Below are positions 18,901 through 27,039 of a stretch of 64,000 nt of DNA, piece by piece. The notes beneath the pieces were generated by a model. The model saw only the letters and a list, made by a program, of their open reading frames with translations, did no database searches and was not told the origin of the DNA. How positions within the stretch are numbered: the stretch's first letter is position 1; each line of letters starts with the position of its first letter. Origin of the DNA: an uncultured Mycoplasmatota bacterium (GTDB taxonomy: Bacteria; Bacillota_I; Bacilli_A; RF39; UBA660); NCBI GenBank assembly GCA_946414095.1, contig CAMKNB010000001.1, positions 3,591-67,590 on the forward strand. The letters are read 5' to 3'. The position numbers and the translations under genes are program-made.

Positions 18901-19787
18901 GTGATGGATGCCATATAAATAATAGCACTGGAGATAAATGTGTTATAAATTATGGTGATGGATCTAATAACGATAAAGAAAAAGGTTATGCAGGTAAAAT
19001 TACTGCAATATATAAAGATCAAGCTGGAAATGAATTTTGTCATGAAAACTTATTAAATATTCCTTTTAAAGCTGATCATTTTGGCAATTATTCAATGGAT
19101 GATTGGATTAATAACTCTGATCATGGATATTGTTCAGATGATCCACTTTCTACGCTGGGATTCTACAGATACTTCACTGGTACACATGAATCATGGCAAC
19201 AAATTTGTACAGACGTAAATCAAAATTATACAACGTGTACCGCTACTGTTTGTAATAAACCTCCTTTTGATAGCTCAGTAGTAACCGAATTAGGAGGACA
19301 ACTTGGTTTTCATAGACCTGGTGGTAATGTCGCTAGTGAAACATCTATAGATGTAACTGCACAAAATTCATCATTACTATTCTTCATTAACTTTAGAGAT
19401 GAGGGATGTGGTCATGCTCATACAATTTCAAACATTATGTTTAAAATGGATAATGAACCATACAAAACTTTAAAACAACTAGTAGATAGTAAAGTTATCG
19501 AGCCTTTAGTCCTTATAAATACTAATTCTTTTGATCAGTATAGTGATATTACACGAAGAGTTTACAATGGAGAAGAATTGGGCACTGCTAGTTCATATTT
19601 TAATGTTATTGTTATATTTACATTAAAAAAAGGACACACGTTCAATGGTTTCAAACAAAAACAAGATGAAGCTTCTTTAAATGATCCAAAAGATTTAACT
19701 ATTGTTGGTACTTATTGTGCGGATGGAACATTTGTTAGATATGTTAGTACTGATGACTTTAATTTAACACTTAGAAATGGAAGTTAG
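15912..19787 (+). CDS. Giant prepilin-type N-terminal cleavage/methylation domain protein with Flg_new (Listeria-Bacteroides) repeats, Ig-like modules and Cys-rich C-terminal domain
   Basis: N-terminus MKKSG/FTLVEVIVSIVLVSVIMVSM has Gly-1, Phe+1, Glu+5 and a hydrophobic helix. Five GY(T/K)FxGWYT...LYAxW modules. TKPT-bounded Ig-like modules. The last ~300 aa carry many Cys. Confidence 0.8.
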   Translation: MKKSGFTLVEVIVSIVLVSVIMVSMLASLVKLRDTYTVIHENSDVIVYTSSIARVINNDLMKNNGIRYANCTPNGLECEFILGNDQKRKLEIIKEGEDVDLCDYRNRRGKDATHERITTTLKYTNTSELGNEGELIYIRTLTLDRYTEYSNCIDGTQTDKCEEDLKNNCKKGTVTTEGYNFYDMNVPDQNLYYGDNNLVDAISKVNIRIWDGKNEESTKYDIVLYSSGRYDDSELVGNTYKIALDTNGATESGTVELDEVFGVAYFDSEKSHSSKNILRKIEKPVKTENGKPMAFLGYYYYKGSADTLGTQIIDSKGTIVASSRIFRNDIELKNLEGLSEEDRQAHERVVAMWEECSGGYRVEDGECVAETYTVELDKNGGTGGINSYTASYMSLVPNISSSGLPSKAGYKFSGYYEGTTEYNDETGKGKVIYNHTNGITITAKWNPNTYQVLFNVNGGNAWTGNTCGSGYTFTSGSNTCAKSVTYGLAYDSMPTPIRTGYTFDGWYTSASGGTKIETSTTFSITSTQTLYAHWKANTYQVTFNVNGGNAWTSTTCGSGYTFTSSSNTCVKNVTYGSTYGSMPTPTRTGYTFDGWYTSTSGGTKISTSTTVAITSAQTLYAHWTVKAYQVTFNVNGGNAWTSTTCGSGYTFTSSSKACAKNVTYSSTYGSMPTPTRTGNTFEGWYTSASGGTKIETSTNVTITSAQTLYAHWKDETKPTVKITAYNYDSSKTNKVGSTTLKSQSTFTSDGTYTVSSDWLNSGVTFKIESSDNDSGIEKIVWKWNVTGSLIDTGSEYNGSSSPSTYTTDLAIKYPTFTGNGYRKGQWVVTDNEGNVLTVTIVAKVDTTKPTATYTTTTTQASLKCEDNIGLSGYYFGTKSSPAASDYTSASGTSKSWTNNMTSAGTYYVFCKDVVGNVSSSSKTYYSVTYNANGGTGAPAAQLKVHGVNLTLSNGTLNRKYSTFTGWNTSSNGSGVSYSNGGSYTGNANLTLYAQYKCDGCHINNSTGDKCVINYGDGSNNDKEKGYAGKITAIYKDQAGNEFCHENLLNIPFKADHFGNYSMDDWINNSDHGYCSDDPLSTLGFYRYFTGTHESWQQICTDVNQNYTTCTATVCNKPPFDSSVVTELGGQLGFHRPGGNVASETSIDVTAQNSSLLFFINFRDEGCGHAHTISNIMFKMDNEPYKTLKQLVDSKVIEPLVLINTNSFDQYSDITRRVYNGEELGTASSYFNVIVIFTLKKGHTFNGFKQKQDEASLNDPKDLTIVGTYCADGTFVRYVSTDDFNLTLRNGS
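17253..18053 (+). repeat. Three tandem 267-bp (89-aa) near-identical coding repeats
   Basis: Units start at 17253, 17520 and 17787 (NTYQV(L/T)FNVNGGNAWT..TCGSGYTFTS..MPTP.RTG.TF.GWYTS.SGGTKI..LYAHW). Confidence 0.9.
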
Positions 19788-19835
19788 GTACAATATATAA
19801 AAGTAGTATATATTAATAATTAATAAAATATTATA

Positions 19836-19879
19836 AGTAGACAGAAATGAATTAAATCATAAATATCTGTCTACTTTTT
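19836..19879 (+). terminator. Rho-independent terminator
   Basis: AGTAGACAG ... CTGTCTACT plus T-run, with a long 22-nt loop. Confidence 0.6.
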
Positions 19880-19956
19880 AGTTTGAAATCATTTACTTGT
19901 CATTTAAATTGACAAAATGTTTATTAATTATTATATTATTAATAAGAGGTAATATT

Positions 19957-20478
19957 ATGAGAAGATTGTATATTGATTTTGATGGAGTTGTTATGGATAC
20001 AATACCTGCTTTATATTCAATGCTTGAAAATGAAGGTGTTGATTTAAATGATGAAGATCAAAAAAGGAAAGCATTTGCATCCTATGATTTTGGATTAATA
20101 ATTAAAGATAAAAATATTTTAAATGATTCAGTTAATTGTATTAACAAATTACTTGAAAGCAAGCGATTCGAAATTAGTTTTTTATCTCATGTTAATTCTC
20201 TTGAAGAGGCAGTTGTAAAAATTAGATATTTGCGTCGTCATTTTAAAGATGATATTACAATTATAATTGTTCCTAAATGGGTGTCTAAAACTAAAATGGT
20301 TCATAGTGAAGGGGCAATACTTGTTGATGATTTCTCAGGCAATTTAAGAGAATGGAAAGAAGCTGGAGGAATTGCTGTAAGATTTTCTAAGGATCTTGAA
20401 TCTAAAGGATATAAAGTATTAAATAGACTTGATGCTTTACTTGATATGTTTGATGAAAATGGAGATGAAATATGTTAA
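19957..20478 (+). CDS. HAD-superfamily hydrolase (NT5C-like 5'(3')-deoxyribonucleotidase)
   Basis: Motif I LYIDFDGVVMDT (DxDxV). AGAGG RBS before ATG at 19957, preferred over TTG at 19897. Confidence 0.5.
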   Translation: MRRLYIDFDGVVMDTIPALYSMLENEGVDLNDEDQKRKAFASYDFGLIIKDKNILNDSVNCINKLLESKRFEISFLSHVNSLEEAVVKIRYLRRHFKDDITIIIVPKWVSKTKMVHSEGAILVDDFSGNLREWKEAGGIAVRFSKDLESKGYKVLNRLDALLDMFDENGDEIC

Positions 20479-20996
20479 AAGTATTGTGTATAGTAAATGG
20501 ATATCTAGAAGAAAATTGTTATATTGTACACAATAATAAAAATGCATTGATAATTGATCCTGGTAGTGAAGGAGAAAAAATAACATCTAAAGTTGATGAA
20601 CTTCAGTTAAATGTTGTTGGTGTGTTAATAACTCATCATCATTTTGATCATGTTGGTGCATTAGATTATATAAAATCGAAATATAAAGAATCTATATATG
20701 TAGATTATATAAATAAAAATACTATACCTGGATTTGACTATGAAATAATTGAGAATTATGGTCATACTATGGATAGCGTATCTTATTATTTTAAAAATGA
20801 AAAAATTATGTTTACTGGGGATTTTGTATTTAAAGAGTCTATTGGTAATTATGATTATATTAATGAAAATATAATGTATGAGAGTCTTAAAAGATTTATT
20901 CTTATGGATAAAGATATAATTATATATCCAGGTCATGGTGAAAAAAGTAGTATTGGTTATGAAATAAAACATAATCCGTTTTTGAGAGGTATTTAA
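20472..20996 (+). CDS. MBL-fold metallo-hydrolase
   Basis: ITHHHFDHVGA (HxHxDH), later GHT and PGHG motifs. Confidence 0.8.
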   Translation: MLKVLCIVNGYLEENCYIVHNNKNALIIDPGSEGEKITSKVDELQLNVVGVLITHHHFDHVGALDYIKSKYKESIYVDYINKNTIPGFDYEIIENYGHTMDSVSYYFKNEKIMFTGDFVFKESIGNYDYINENIMYESLKRFILMDKDIIIYPGHGEKSSIGYEIKHNPFLRGI

Positions 20997-23152
20997 TGTT
21001 AGCAAGTGTTGTTATAGAATATTCTGTTAAATCATTAAATAAAGTCTTTGATTATATTATTCCAGATGATTTAATAAATAAAATTAAAGTAGGTCATAAA
21101 GTAATAGTTCCTTTTGCTTCTAAAGAAGTAGAAGGTTTTGTTTTGAAAATACATAGTAATTTTGATAAATCTTTAGAATATAGAAGTATTACTAGAATAG
21201 TAGAAGAAGATTTTTATTTAAATGATGAATTACTTACTCTAGGTAAATATATGAGTAATGTTTTATTATGTAATTTAATCAGTTGTTATCAAGTAATGTT
21301 ACCTAAAGCACTAAAAGCATCTATCAAAACAAATATTAATAAAAAATATGAAAGTAAGGTATATCTAAATAAGAATATTGATATAGAATGGTATATAGCT
21401 AATCACAAAAGAGCTTTTAAAGAAATTGAAATAATTAATATGTTAACTTCTGGAGAAGTATTAAAAAGTACAATTAAATCTTCATCATTGAAATCATTAA
21501 TTGATAAAGGTATTGTTATTGAAGAAAAATATGAAGTTAATAGAGAAGTTAATTATAACAAAGAAAATAGTAAGGAGATTAATCTTACAACAGACCAAAA
21601 GAATGCTGTTTTAGAAATAGAAAATAGTAATGATAAAAAGTATTTAATATATGGCGTTACTGGTAGTGGTAAAACAGAAGTATATATTGAACTTATTAAA
21701 AATAATATTGAAAAAGGGAAGACTGCTATTGTACTTGTTCCAGAAATATCATTAACACCTCAAATAGTTTCCAGATTTAAAAGTGCTTTTGGAGATAACG
21801 TAGCTGTATTTCATAGTTCACTTTCTGAAGGTGAAAAGTATGATGAATATAGAAAAATTATGAAAGGTGAAGTATCGATAGTAGTTGGAGCAAGAAGCGC
21901 TATATTTTCACCACTTAAAAATTTGGGATTAATAATAATAGATGAATGTCAAAGTTCAACATATAAGCAAGAAAGTACTCCAAAGTATGACGCTTTGGAA
22001 ATTGCATATAAAAGAGGAGAAGCTAATAATGCTAAAGTTATTCTTGGGAGTGCAACTCCAAGATTAGAAGAGTATGCAAGAGGTAAAAAAGGAGTAATTC
22101 ATTTAATTAATTTAAAAAATAGAATTAGTGGAAAGTTTCCAAATATTGAAATAGTCGATATGGAAAGTGAAGCTAAAAAGCATAATTATATCATAAGTGA
22201 AAAATTAGATATTGAAATAAATAAATCATTAAGTAAAAATGAGCAAGTAATTTTACTTTTAAATAGAAGAGGTTTTTCTACATTTTTATCTTGTACAAAT
22301 TGTGGTTATGTTTATAAGTGTCCTAATTGTGATATATCTTTAATTTATCATAAGAGTAGTAATTCATATAGTTGCCATTATTGTGGATATAGGTGTGAAA
22401 AAAGTGATATATGTCCTAATTGTCATGAAGAAGGCATTAAAGATTTAGGACTTGGTACAGAAAAATTAGAAAGTATTATTGAAAAGAAATATAACACTAA
22501 GGTGCTTAGAATGGATGCAGATACTACTAGTACTAAAAACTCACATCAAAAACTTATAAATGAATTTAGTAGTGGAAAATATAATGTACTTGTTGGAACA
22601 CAAATGATATCTAAAGGTCTTAATTTTGAAAGAGTTAGTTTGGTTGGAATAATAAATCCTGATGCATCTCTTTCTATACCAGACTTTAGAAGTGGTGAAA
22701 GAACTTATGAATTATTAAGTCAAACTGCTGGTAGAGTTGGAAGGTTTGATTTACCAGGAAAAGTAATAATCCAAACATATAATCCTAGTAATTATGTATA
22801 TAGTGCTGTTGTTAAGAATGATTATGATAGTTTCTTTAACTATGAAATGAATATTAGAAAGAAATTATCATATCCACCATATTATTATATTTGCAATATT
22901 TTAATTACTAGTGATGATTTTAATGTATGTGGTGAAGGTGCTAAAAGAGTAAAAAAGTACTTAGATAATGTGTTGGATGATAGTTATATAATTTTAGGCC
23001 CTAGTATTTCTAGTATAGTAAAACTAAAGAATAAATATAGATTTAATATTATGATAAAATATAAAAAAGCAGATAATTTATACAAAGCATTAAGAGAAAT
23101 AAATAGCATTAATATAAAAGATGTAAATATTGATATTAATATGAATATTTAA
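20996..23152 (+). CDS. priA: Primosomal protein N' (replication restart helicase PriA)
   Basis: Walker A GVTGSGKTEVY, DECQ box, Cys4 zinc fingers (CTNCGY..CPNCD..CHYCGY..CPNC), helicase C motifs (VGTQMISKG). Confidence 0.95.
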   Translation: MLASVVIEYSVKSLNKVFDYIIPDDLINKIKVGHKVIVPFASKEVEGFVLKIHSNFDKSLEYRSITRIVEEDFYLNDELLTLGKYMSNVLLCNLISCYQVMLPKALKASIKTNINKKYESKVYLNKNIDIEWYIANHKRAFKEIEIINMLTSGEVLKSTIKSSSLKSLIDKGIVIEEKYEVNREVNYNKENSKEINLTTDQKNAVLEIENSNDKKYLIYGVTGSGKTEVYIELIKNNIEKGKTAIVLVPEISLTPQIVSRFKSAFGDNVAVFHSSLSEGEKYDEYRKIMKGEVSIVVGARSAIFSPLKNLGLIIIDECQSSTYKQESTPKYDALEIAYKRGEANNAKVILGSATPRLEEYARGKKGVIHLINLKNRISGKFPNIEIVDMESEAKKHNYIISEKLDIEINKSLSKNEQVILLLNRRGFSTFLSCTNCGYVYKCPNCDISLIYHKSSNSYSCHYCGYRCEKSDICPNCHEEGIKDLGLGTEKLESIIEKKYNTKVLRMDADTTSTKNSHQKLINEFSSGKYNVLVGTQMISKGLNFERVSLVGIINPDASLSIPDFRSGERTYELLSQTAGRVGRFDLPGKVIIQTYNPSNYVYSAVVKNDYDSFFNYEMNIRKKLSYPPYYYICNILITSDDFNVCGEGAKRVKKYLDNVLDDSYIILGPSISSIVKLKNKYRFNIMIKYKKADNLYKALREINSINIKDVNIDINMNI

Positions 23153-23174
23153 TATAATTTAGGTGGTGAATGAA

Positions 23175-24104
23175 ATGAAAGATAAAAGAGTAGTATTTAT
23201 GGGTACTCCTGAGTTTAGTTTGAAAGTACTTGAATCTTTAATAGAGAATACAAATGTTGTTTTAGTTGTAAGTCAACCAGATTCTTATGTTGGACGTCAT
23301 CATGAACTTAAATATACACCTGTTAAAAGCCTAGCATTAGAGCATAATATTGAAGTGTTTCAGCCTATTAAGATTAAAGAGGACTATCAAAGAATACTAG
23401 ATGTTAATCCTGATATTATTGTGACATGTGCATATGGTCAAATAATACCTAAAATATTACTTGATACTCCTAAATATAAAGCTATTAATGTTCACGCTTC
23501 ACTTCTTCCTAAATTAAGAGGTGGAAGTCCACTTCATAAATGTTTGATTGATGGATATAGTGAAACCGGAATTACAATTATGTACATGGATGTAGGTATG
23601 GATAGTGGAGACATAATAAAACAAAAAAGTATTAAAATAACAGATGAAGATAATGTTGGTACAATTCATGATAAACTTAGTATTCTTGGAAGCGAACTAT
23701 TAATTGAAACTTTGCCATCTATATTTAATGGTACTAATGAAAGAATTAAGCAAGATGAAAGTGAAGTTACTTTTGCATATAATATAAAAAGAGAAGAAGA
23801 AAGAATTGATTTTAATAAGACTGCTAGAGAAGTATTTAATCAGGTGAGAGGATTATATCCTTTTCCAGTAGGATATACAGTTATTAATGATGAAATAGTT
23901 AAAATATGTGAATGTAAAATTGGAGATAAAAAAAGCGGACTAACATCTAGTATAAGTAATTTATATAATGATGGTATTGGAGTAATGTGTAGTGATAAGG
24001 AAATAATTATTACAAAATTAAAGCCATCTGGTAAGAAAGAAATGAGTGCTAGAGATTATTTAAATGGAAAAAGGAATGAAAGATTATTGGGTGTTAAATT
24101 ATGA
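23175..24104 (+). CDS. fmt: Methionyl-tRNA formyltransferase
   Basis: VVFMGTPEFS, VSQPD, NVHASLLPKLRGGSPLH. AGGTGGTGA RBS before ATG at 23175. Confidence 0.93.
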   Translation: MKDKRVVFMGTPEFSLKVLESLIENTNVVLVVSQPDSYVGRHHELKYTPVKSLALEHNIEVFQPIKIKEDYQRILDVNPDIIVTCAYGQIIPKILLDTPKYKAINVHASLLPKLRGGSPLHKCLIDGYSETGITIMYMDVGMDSGDIIKQKSIKITDEDNVGTIHDKLSILGSELLIETLPSIFNGTNERIKQDESEVTFAYNIKREEERIDFNKTAREVFNQVRGLYPFPVGYTVINDEIVKICECKIGDKKSGLTSSISNLYNDGIGVMCSDKEIIITKLKPSGKKEMSARDYLNGKRNERLLGVKL

Positions 24105-24847
24105 TAAATAAAATTAGCAAAAAATATAATATAAATGGAAATATACTAAAACTAATAATTTTTGGTGGAATATTATTATTAATGCTTATATTTGCATTAG
24201 CTTTAAAAGGTAAGCATGTAAAACAGAAAGAAAAAATAGTTGAAGCAACAGTTGAAGAATTATCTTCTTTAATGAGTAAAATAGGAGATAATTATTCTTT
24301 ACATATTACTGAAAAGATTAATAATGTATCTAAAGAATTGTTTTTTGATACAGATGGTGTATCAAAATTATATGATGGTTCTTTATTAGGTGAAGATGGG
24401 ATTCTTGTATATAACAATAAGAATTATATATTATATGCCAAAGATATAAAAAATATAGGAACTGCAAAATTACATAGTTATAAAGGTGATACAAGATTCA
24501 TCAATGATCCTTTCTATAATATTGATTTAATCAAAAAAATGATTAATTATTGTGAATTATCTCAAAAAAATATAGTTAGAGTTAATTGTGAAGTAAAATT
24601 ATCTGATTATTTAATTGAATATAATAAAATGTATAATAAAAATATAAGTGCTAATTATGATACAAAGATGATTTTTGATATAGTTTATTATAAAAATGAT
24701 TCTATAGGAAAAATATTTGTTGATTATACTGATGCTAATAGGGTAATTAATAATACTGATGATAGTGTTAATTATGAAATAGTATTAGTTAGCACTGATA
24801 ATAATGACTTTAGTGATATTATTTCTTTTTTCAAAAAGTCACTATAA
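24101..24847 (+). CDS. Single-pass membrane protein, unknown function
   Basis: ATGA overlap with fmt. One N-terminal TM. Confidence 0.55.
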   Translation: MINKISKKYNINGNILKLIIFGGILLLMLIFALALKGKHVKQKEKIVEATVEELSSLMSKIGDNYSLHITEKINNVSKELFFDTDGVSKLYDGSLLGEDGILVYNNKNYILYAKDIKNIGTAKLHSYKGDTRFINDPFYNIDLIKKMINYCELSQKNIVRVNCEVKLSDYLIEYNKMYNKNISANYDTKMIFDIVYYKNDSIGKIFVDYTDANRVINNTDDSVNYEIVLVSTDNNDFSDIISFFKKSL

Positions 24848-24979
24848 ATCTAATTATGTCGAATCTAATGAAATGTTCTTTTAAATGGGGTATTATTTAT
24901 TTGGAGGTGTGATACGGAGAACATAAATTATAGATTCAAAGAAATTGATAACATATTAAATTTATGCATTTTAAGATTT

Positions 24980-25007
24980 GAGAGCAAACTATAGGTTTGC
25001 TCTTTTA
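24980..25007 (+). terminator. Rho-independent terminator
   Basis: AGAGCAAAC-N5-GTTTGCTCT plus T-run. Confidence 0.8.
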
Positions 25008-25036
25008 TTGACTAAACATTATAATTGTCGTATAAT
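25008..25036 (+). promoter_or_regulatory. Sigma-A type promoter for gpsB-rnpB
   Basis: TTGACT, 17-nt spacer, TATAAT. Confidence 0.6.
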
Positions 25037-25062
25037 TTTAAATGGAAGAGAGGCTAAAAAAG

Positions 25063-25380
25063 ATGTATGAAGATAAAAGATTTCTAACAGCTAAGGAGAT
25101 ACTTGAAAAAGATTTTAAAATAGATGCTAGAGGTTATAGACCACAAGAAGTAGATCAATTTCTTGATTTAATTATAAAAGATTATGTTGATTTCGAAGCA
25201 ACAACAAAAAGGTTAGTTACTGAAATTAAAGCATTGGAAAATGAAAATAGTAAGTTAAAGTCAGAAATTAGAAATCTTAAAGAGTCTCTTGACATTGCTG
25301 GTTCAAATAAAGGCGTAACTAATGTTGATTTACTTAAGAGAATCAGTGATTTAGAAAAAGTTGTATATGGAGAAGAATAA
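25063..25380 (+). CDS. gpsB: Cell-cycle protein GpsB (DivIVA-domain)
   Basis: LTAKEILEKDFKIDARGYRPQEVDQFLDLIIKDY and C-terminal LLKRISDLEKVVYG closely parallel B. subtilis GpsB. The gpsB-rnpB synteny matches B. subtilis. Confidence 0.88.
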   Translation: MYEDKRFLTAKEILEKDFKIDARGYRPQEVDQFLDLIIKDYVDFEATTKRLVTEIKALENENSKLKSEIRNLKESLDIAGSNKGVTNVDLLKRISDLEKVVYGEE

Positions 25381-25722
25381 TTCTTTAGACAAACGCTGCA
25401 TATATTTTATGTAGAGGAAAGTCCATGCTCACTCATCCTGGAATGGATGAAAGTGTTCGTGCTAAGGGAAAAAATAACCTTAGGTAGCAATTGCTAACGG
25501 CATCGAAATAGTCAAGATCTGACTAAAGTAGATATAAAAGTGCCATAGAGACGAGACTATTAGGAATAATAGTTGTGGAACGAGGTAAACCCCACGAGTG
25601 AGAAACCCAAATTTGGTAGGGGAGCTCTTACGAATGAATAATAAAGGAGTAAGGGAAGGAGAAATCCTTAGATAAATGTTTGTCACCTTTTAGGTACAGA
25701 ACATGGCTTATTAAGAATTATT
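25376..25722 (+). ncRNA. rnpB: RNase P RNA, type B
   Basis: P1 AATAATTCTT/AAGAATTATT. GAGGAAAGTCCATGCTC (CR-I). GGTAAACCCCACGAGTGAGAAACCCAAATTTGGTAGGGGA. ACAGAACATGGCTTA (CR-V). Confidence 0.93.
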
Positions 25723-25742
25723 ATTTTTAATTAGGAGAAATC

Positions 25743-26234
25743 ATGAAAGAAATAGGTAATAGTTTCAAGACTGCGAGAGAAACTATTGGAATATCTAAGT
25801 CTGAGGTTATTAAAGATTTAGATATTACTGAGAGTCAGCTTGATAATTTAGAAGATGGAAATATTAATGCATTTAAAGATGTTTTTTTTCTAAAAGATAT
25901 AGTTAAAAAGTATGCTAAATATTTAAATTTAGATGAAGATGAAATTATGGATAATTTTAATGATTTTATGTTTAGCTATACATCTAGAATTCCAGTCGAA
26001 GAAATATTAGAACAAACAAGAGAAATTAAAATATTAGAGCGTCAAAATGATGAAAATAAAATAGTATCACCATATACTATTAAAAGAAAGAAAAACAATA
26101 ATGTTAAATATGCATTAATATATACTTTTTCTGTAATTATTTTGATTGTTTTAGTAATATTAATAGTTAAATATGTAACAGATAAACAAGTAGAGGAAAA
26201 AGAATTATATAATGTTATTGAAAGGGTGTATTAA
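25743..26234 (+). CDS. RodZ-like membrane-anchored HTH protein
   Basis: N-terminal HTH (FKTARETIGISKSEVIKDLDITESQLDNLEDG), FLKDIVKKYAKYLNLD, one TM. Sits upstream of pgsA as ymfM/rodZ does in Bacillus. Confidence 0.6.
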   Translation: MKEIGNSFKTARETIGISKSEVIKDLDITESQLDNLEDGNINAFKDVFFLKDIVKKYAKYLNLDEDEIMDNFNDFMFSYTSRIPVEEILEQTREIKILERQNDENKIVSPYTIKRKKNNNVKYALIYTFSVIILIVLVILIVKYVTDKQVEEKELYNVIERVY

Positions 26235-26236
26235 AA

Positions 26237-26827
26237 ATGAATGTACCAAATAGAATTACAATATGTAGAATAGTTTTATCTATTGTATTATTAGTGTTAA
26301 TGATATTTCCATTAAATAGAATAGGTTTAAATTTTCCAGAAATAATAGTAAAAGAGGGTTTTATCATTGATAGTAAATATATAATATGTGGAATAATCTT
26401 TTTAATAGCATCAGTTACTGATTTTCTTGATGGGTATTTGGCAAGAAAATATAATTTAGTCACTGATTTAGGAAAGGTTATGGATGCAATTGCTGATAAA
26501 CTTCTTGTTAATGGCGTATTAATAGTGCTTGCTACTGAAGGATATATTAGTGTTATAATTCCAGTTGTAATTGTTTCAAGAGATATAATAGTTAATTCAA
26601 TTAAAATGGTTGCAGGGCAAAAAAGTGGAGCAGTTGGTGCTTCTAATACTGGAAAGATTAAAACAGTATTTATGCTTTGTGGAATTACATTACTAATGTT
26701 TTATAATTTACCATTTTCATTGTTTAATTTCTATCCTGCAAGAGCATTAATAATGATTGCTACTGTATTGTCAGTAATAAGTGGTATTGAATACTACTTA
26801 AAGAATAAAAAATATTTGATTAAATAG
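26237..26827 (+). CDS. pgsA: CDP-diacylglycerol--glycerol-3-phosphate 3-phosphatidyltransferase
   Basis: CDP-alcohol phosphatidyltransferase motif DFLDGYLARKYNLVTDLGKVMDAIADKL. Multi-TM. Confidence 0.92.
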   Translation: MNVPNRITICRIVLSIVLLVLMIFPLNRIGLNFPEIIVKEGFIIDSKYIICGIIFLIASVTDFLDGYLARKYNLVTDLGKVMDAIADKLLVNGVLIVLATEGYISVIIPVVIVSRDIIVNSIKMVAGQKSGAVGASNTGKIKTVFMLCGITLLMFYNLPFSLFNFYPARALIMIATVLSVISGIEYYLKNKKYLIK

Positions 26828-26846
26828 CACTTTTTAGTGCTTTTTT
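26826..26846 (+). terminator. Rho-independent terminator
   Basis: AGCACT-tttt-AGTGCT plus T6. Confidence 0.75.
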
Positions 26847-26963
26847 AATTTTGTAAAAAAATATTTTTTAGTAATTTTTTGCTTAAAAACAGTGTTTTTC
26901 AATTACTATTTTTATTAAAAATAAATTTTGAAAAACTTAACAAATTAATAATTGAATTATTGG

Positions 26964-27016
26964 CAAACAAAAGTTTGTAAAAAGTTGTTGACAAAGAAAA
27001 CAAAATGATTTAAAAT
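26964..27016 (+). promoter_or_regulatory. recA promoter with adjacent palindrome (possible operator)
   Basis: CAAAC-AAAA-GTTTG at 26964-26977. TTGACA at 26988-26993, 17-nt spacer, TAAAAT at 27011-27016. Confidence 0.5.
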
Positions 27017-27039
27017 TAAATTATTGAAGGAGAATACTT

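Noticed and set aside
24848-24980. Possible riboswitch or sRNA between the fmt operon and gpsB (stem ATGTTCT...AGAACAT enclosing GGGG/GGAGG)
   Set aside because: It matches no conserved riboswitch core that I know. It has no promoter of its own and is most simply the 3' UTR leading to the terminator at 24980-25007. The embedded 18-codon ORF has no RBS.
25480-25686. 68-aa ORF on the minus strand
   Set aside because: It lies entirely inside the RNase P RNA gene and has no RBS, so it is an artefact of the structured RNA sequence.
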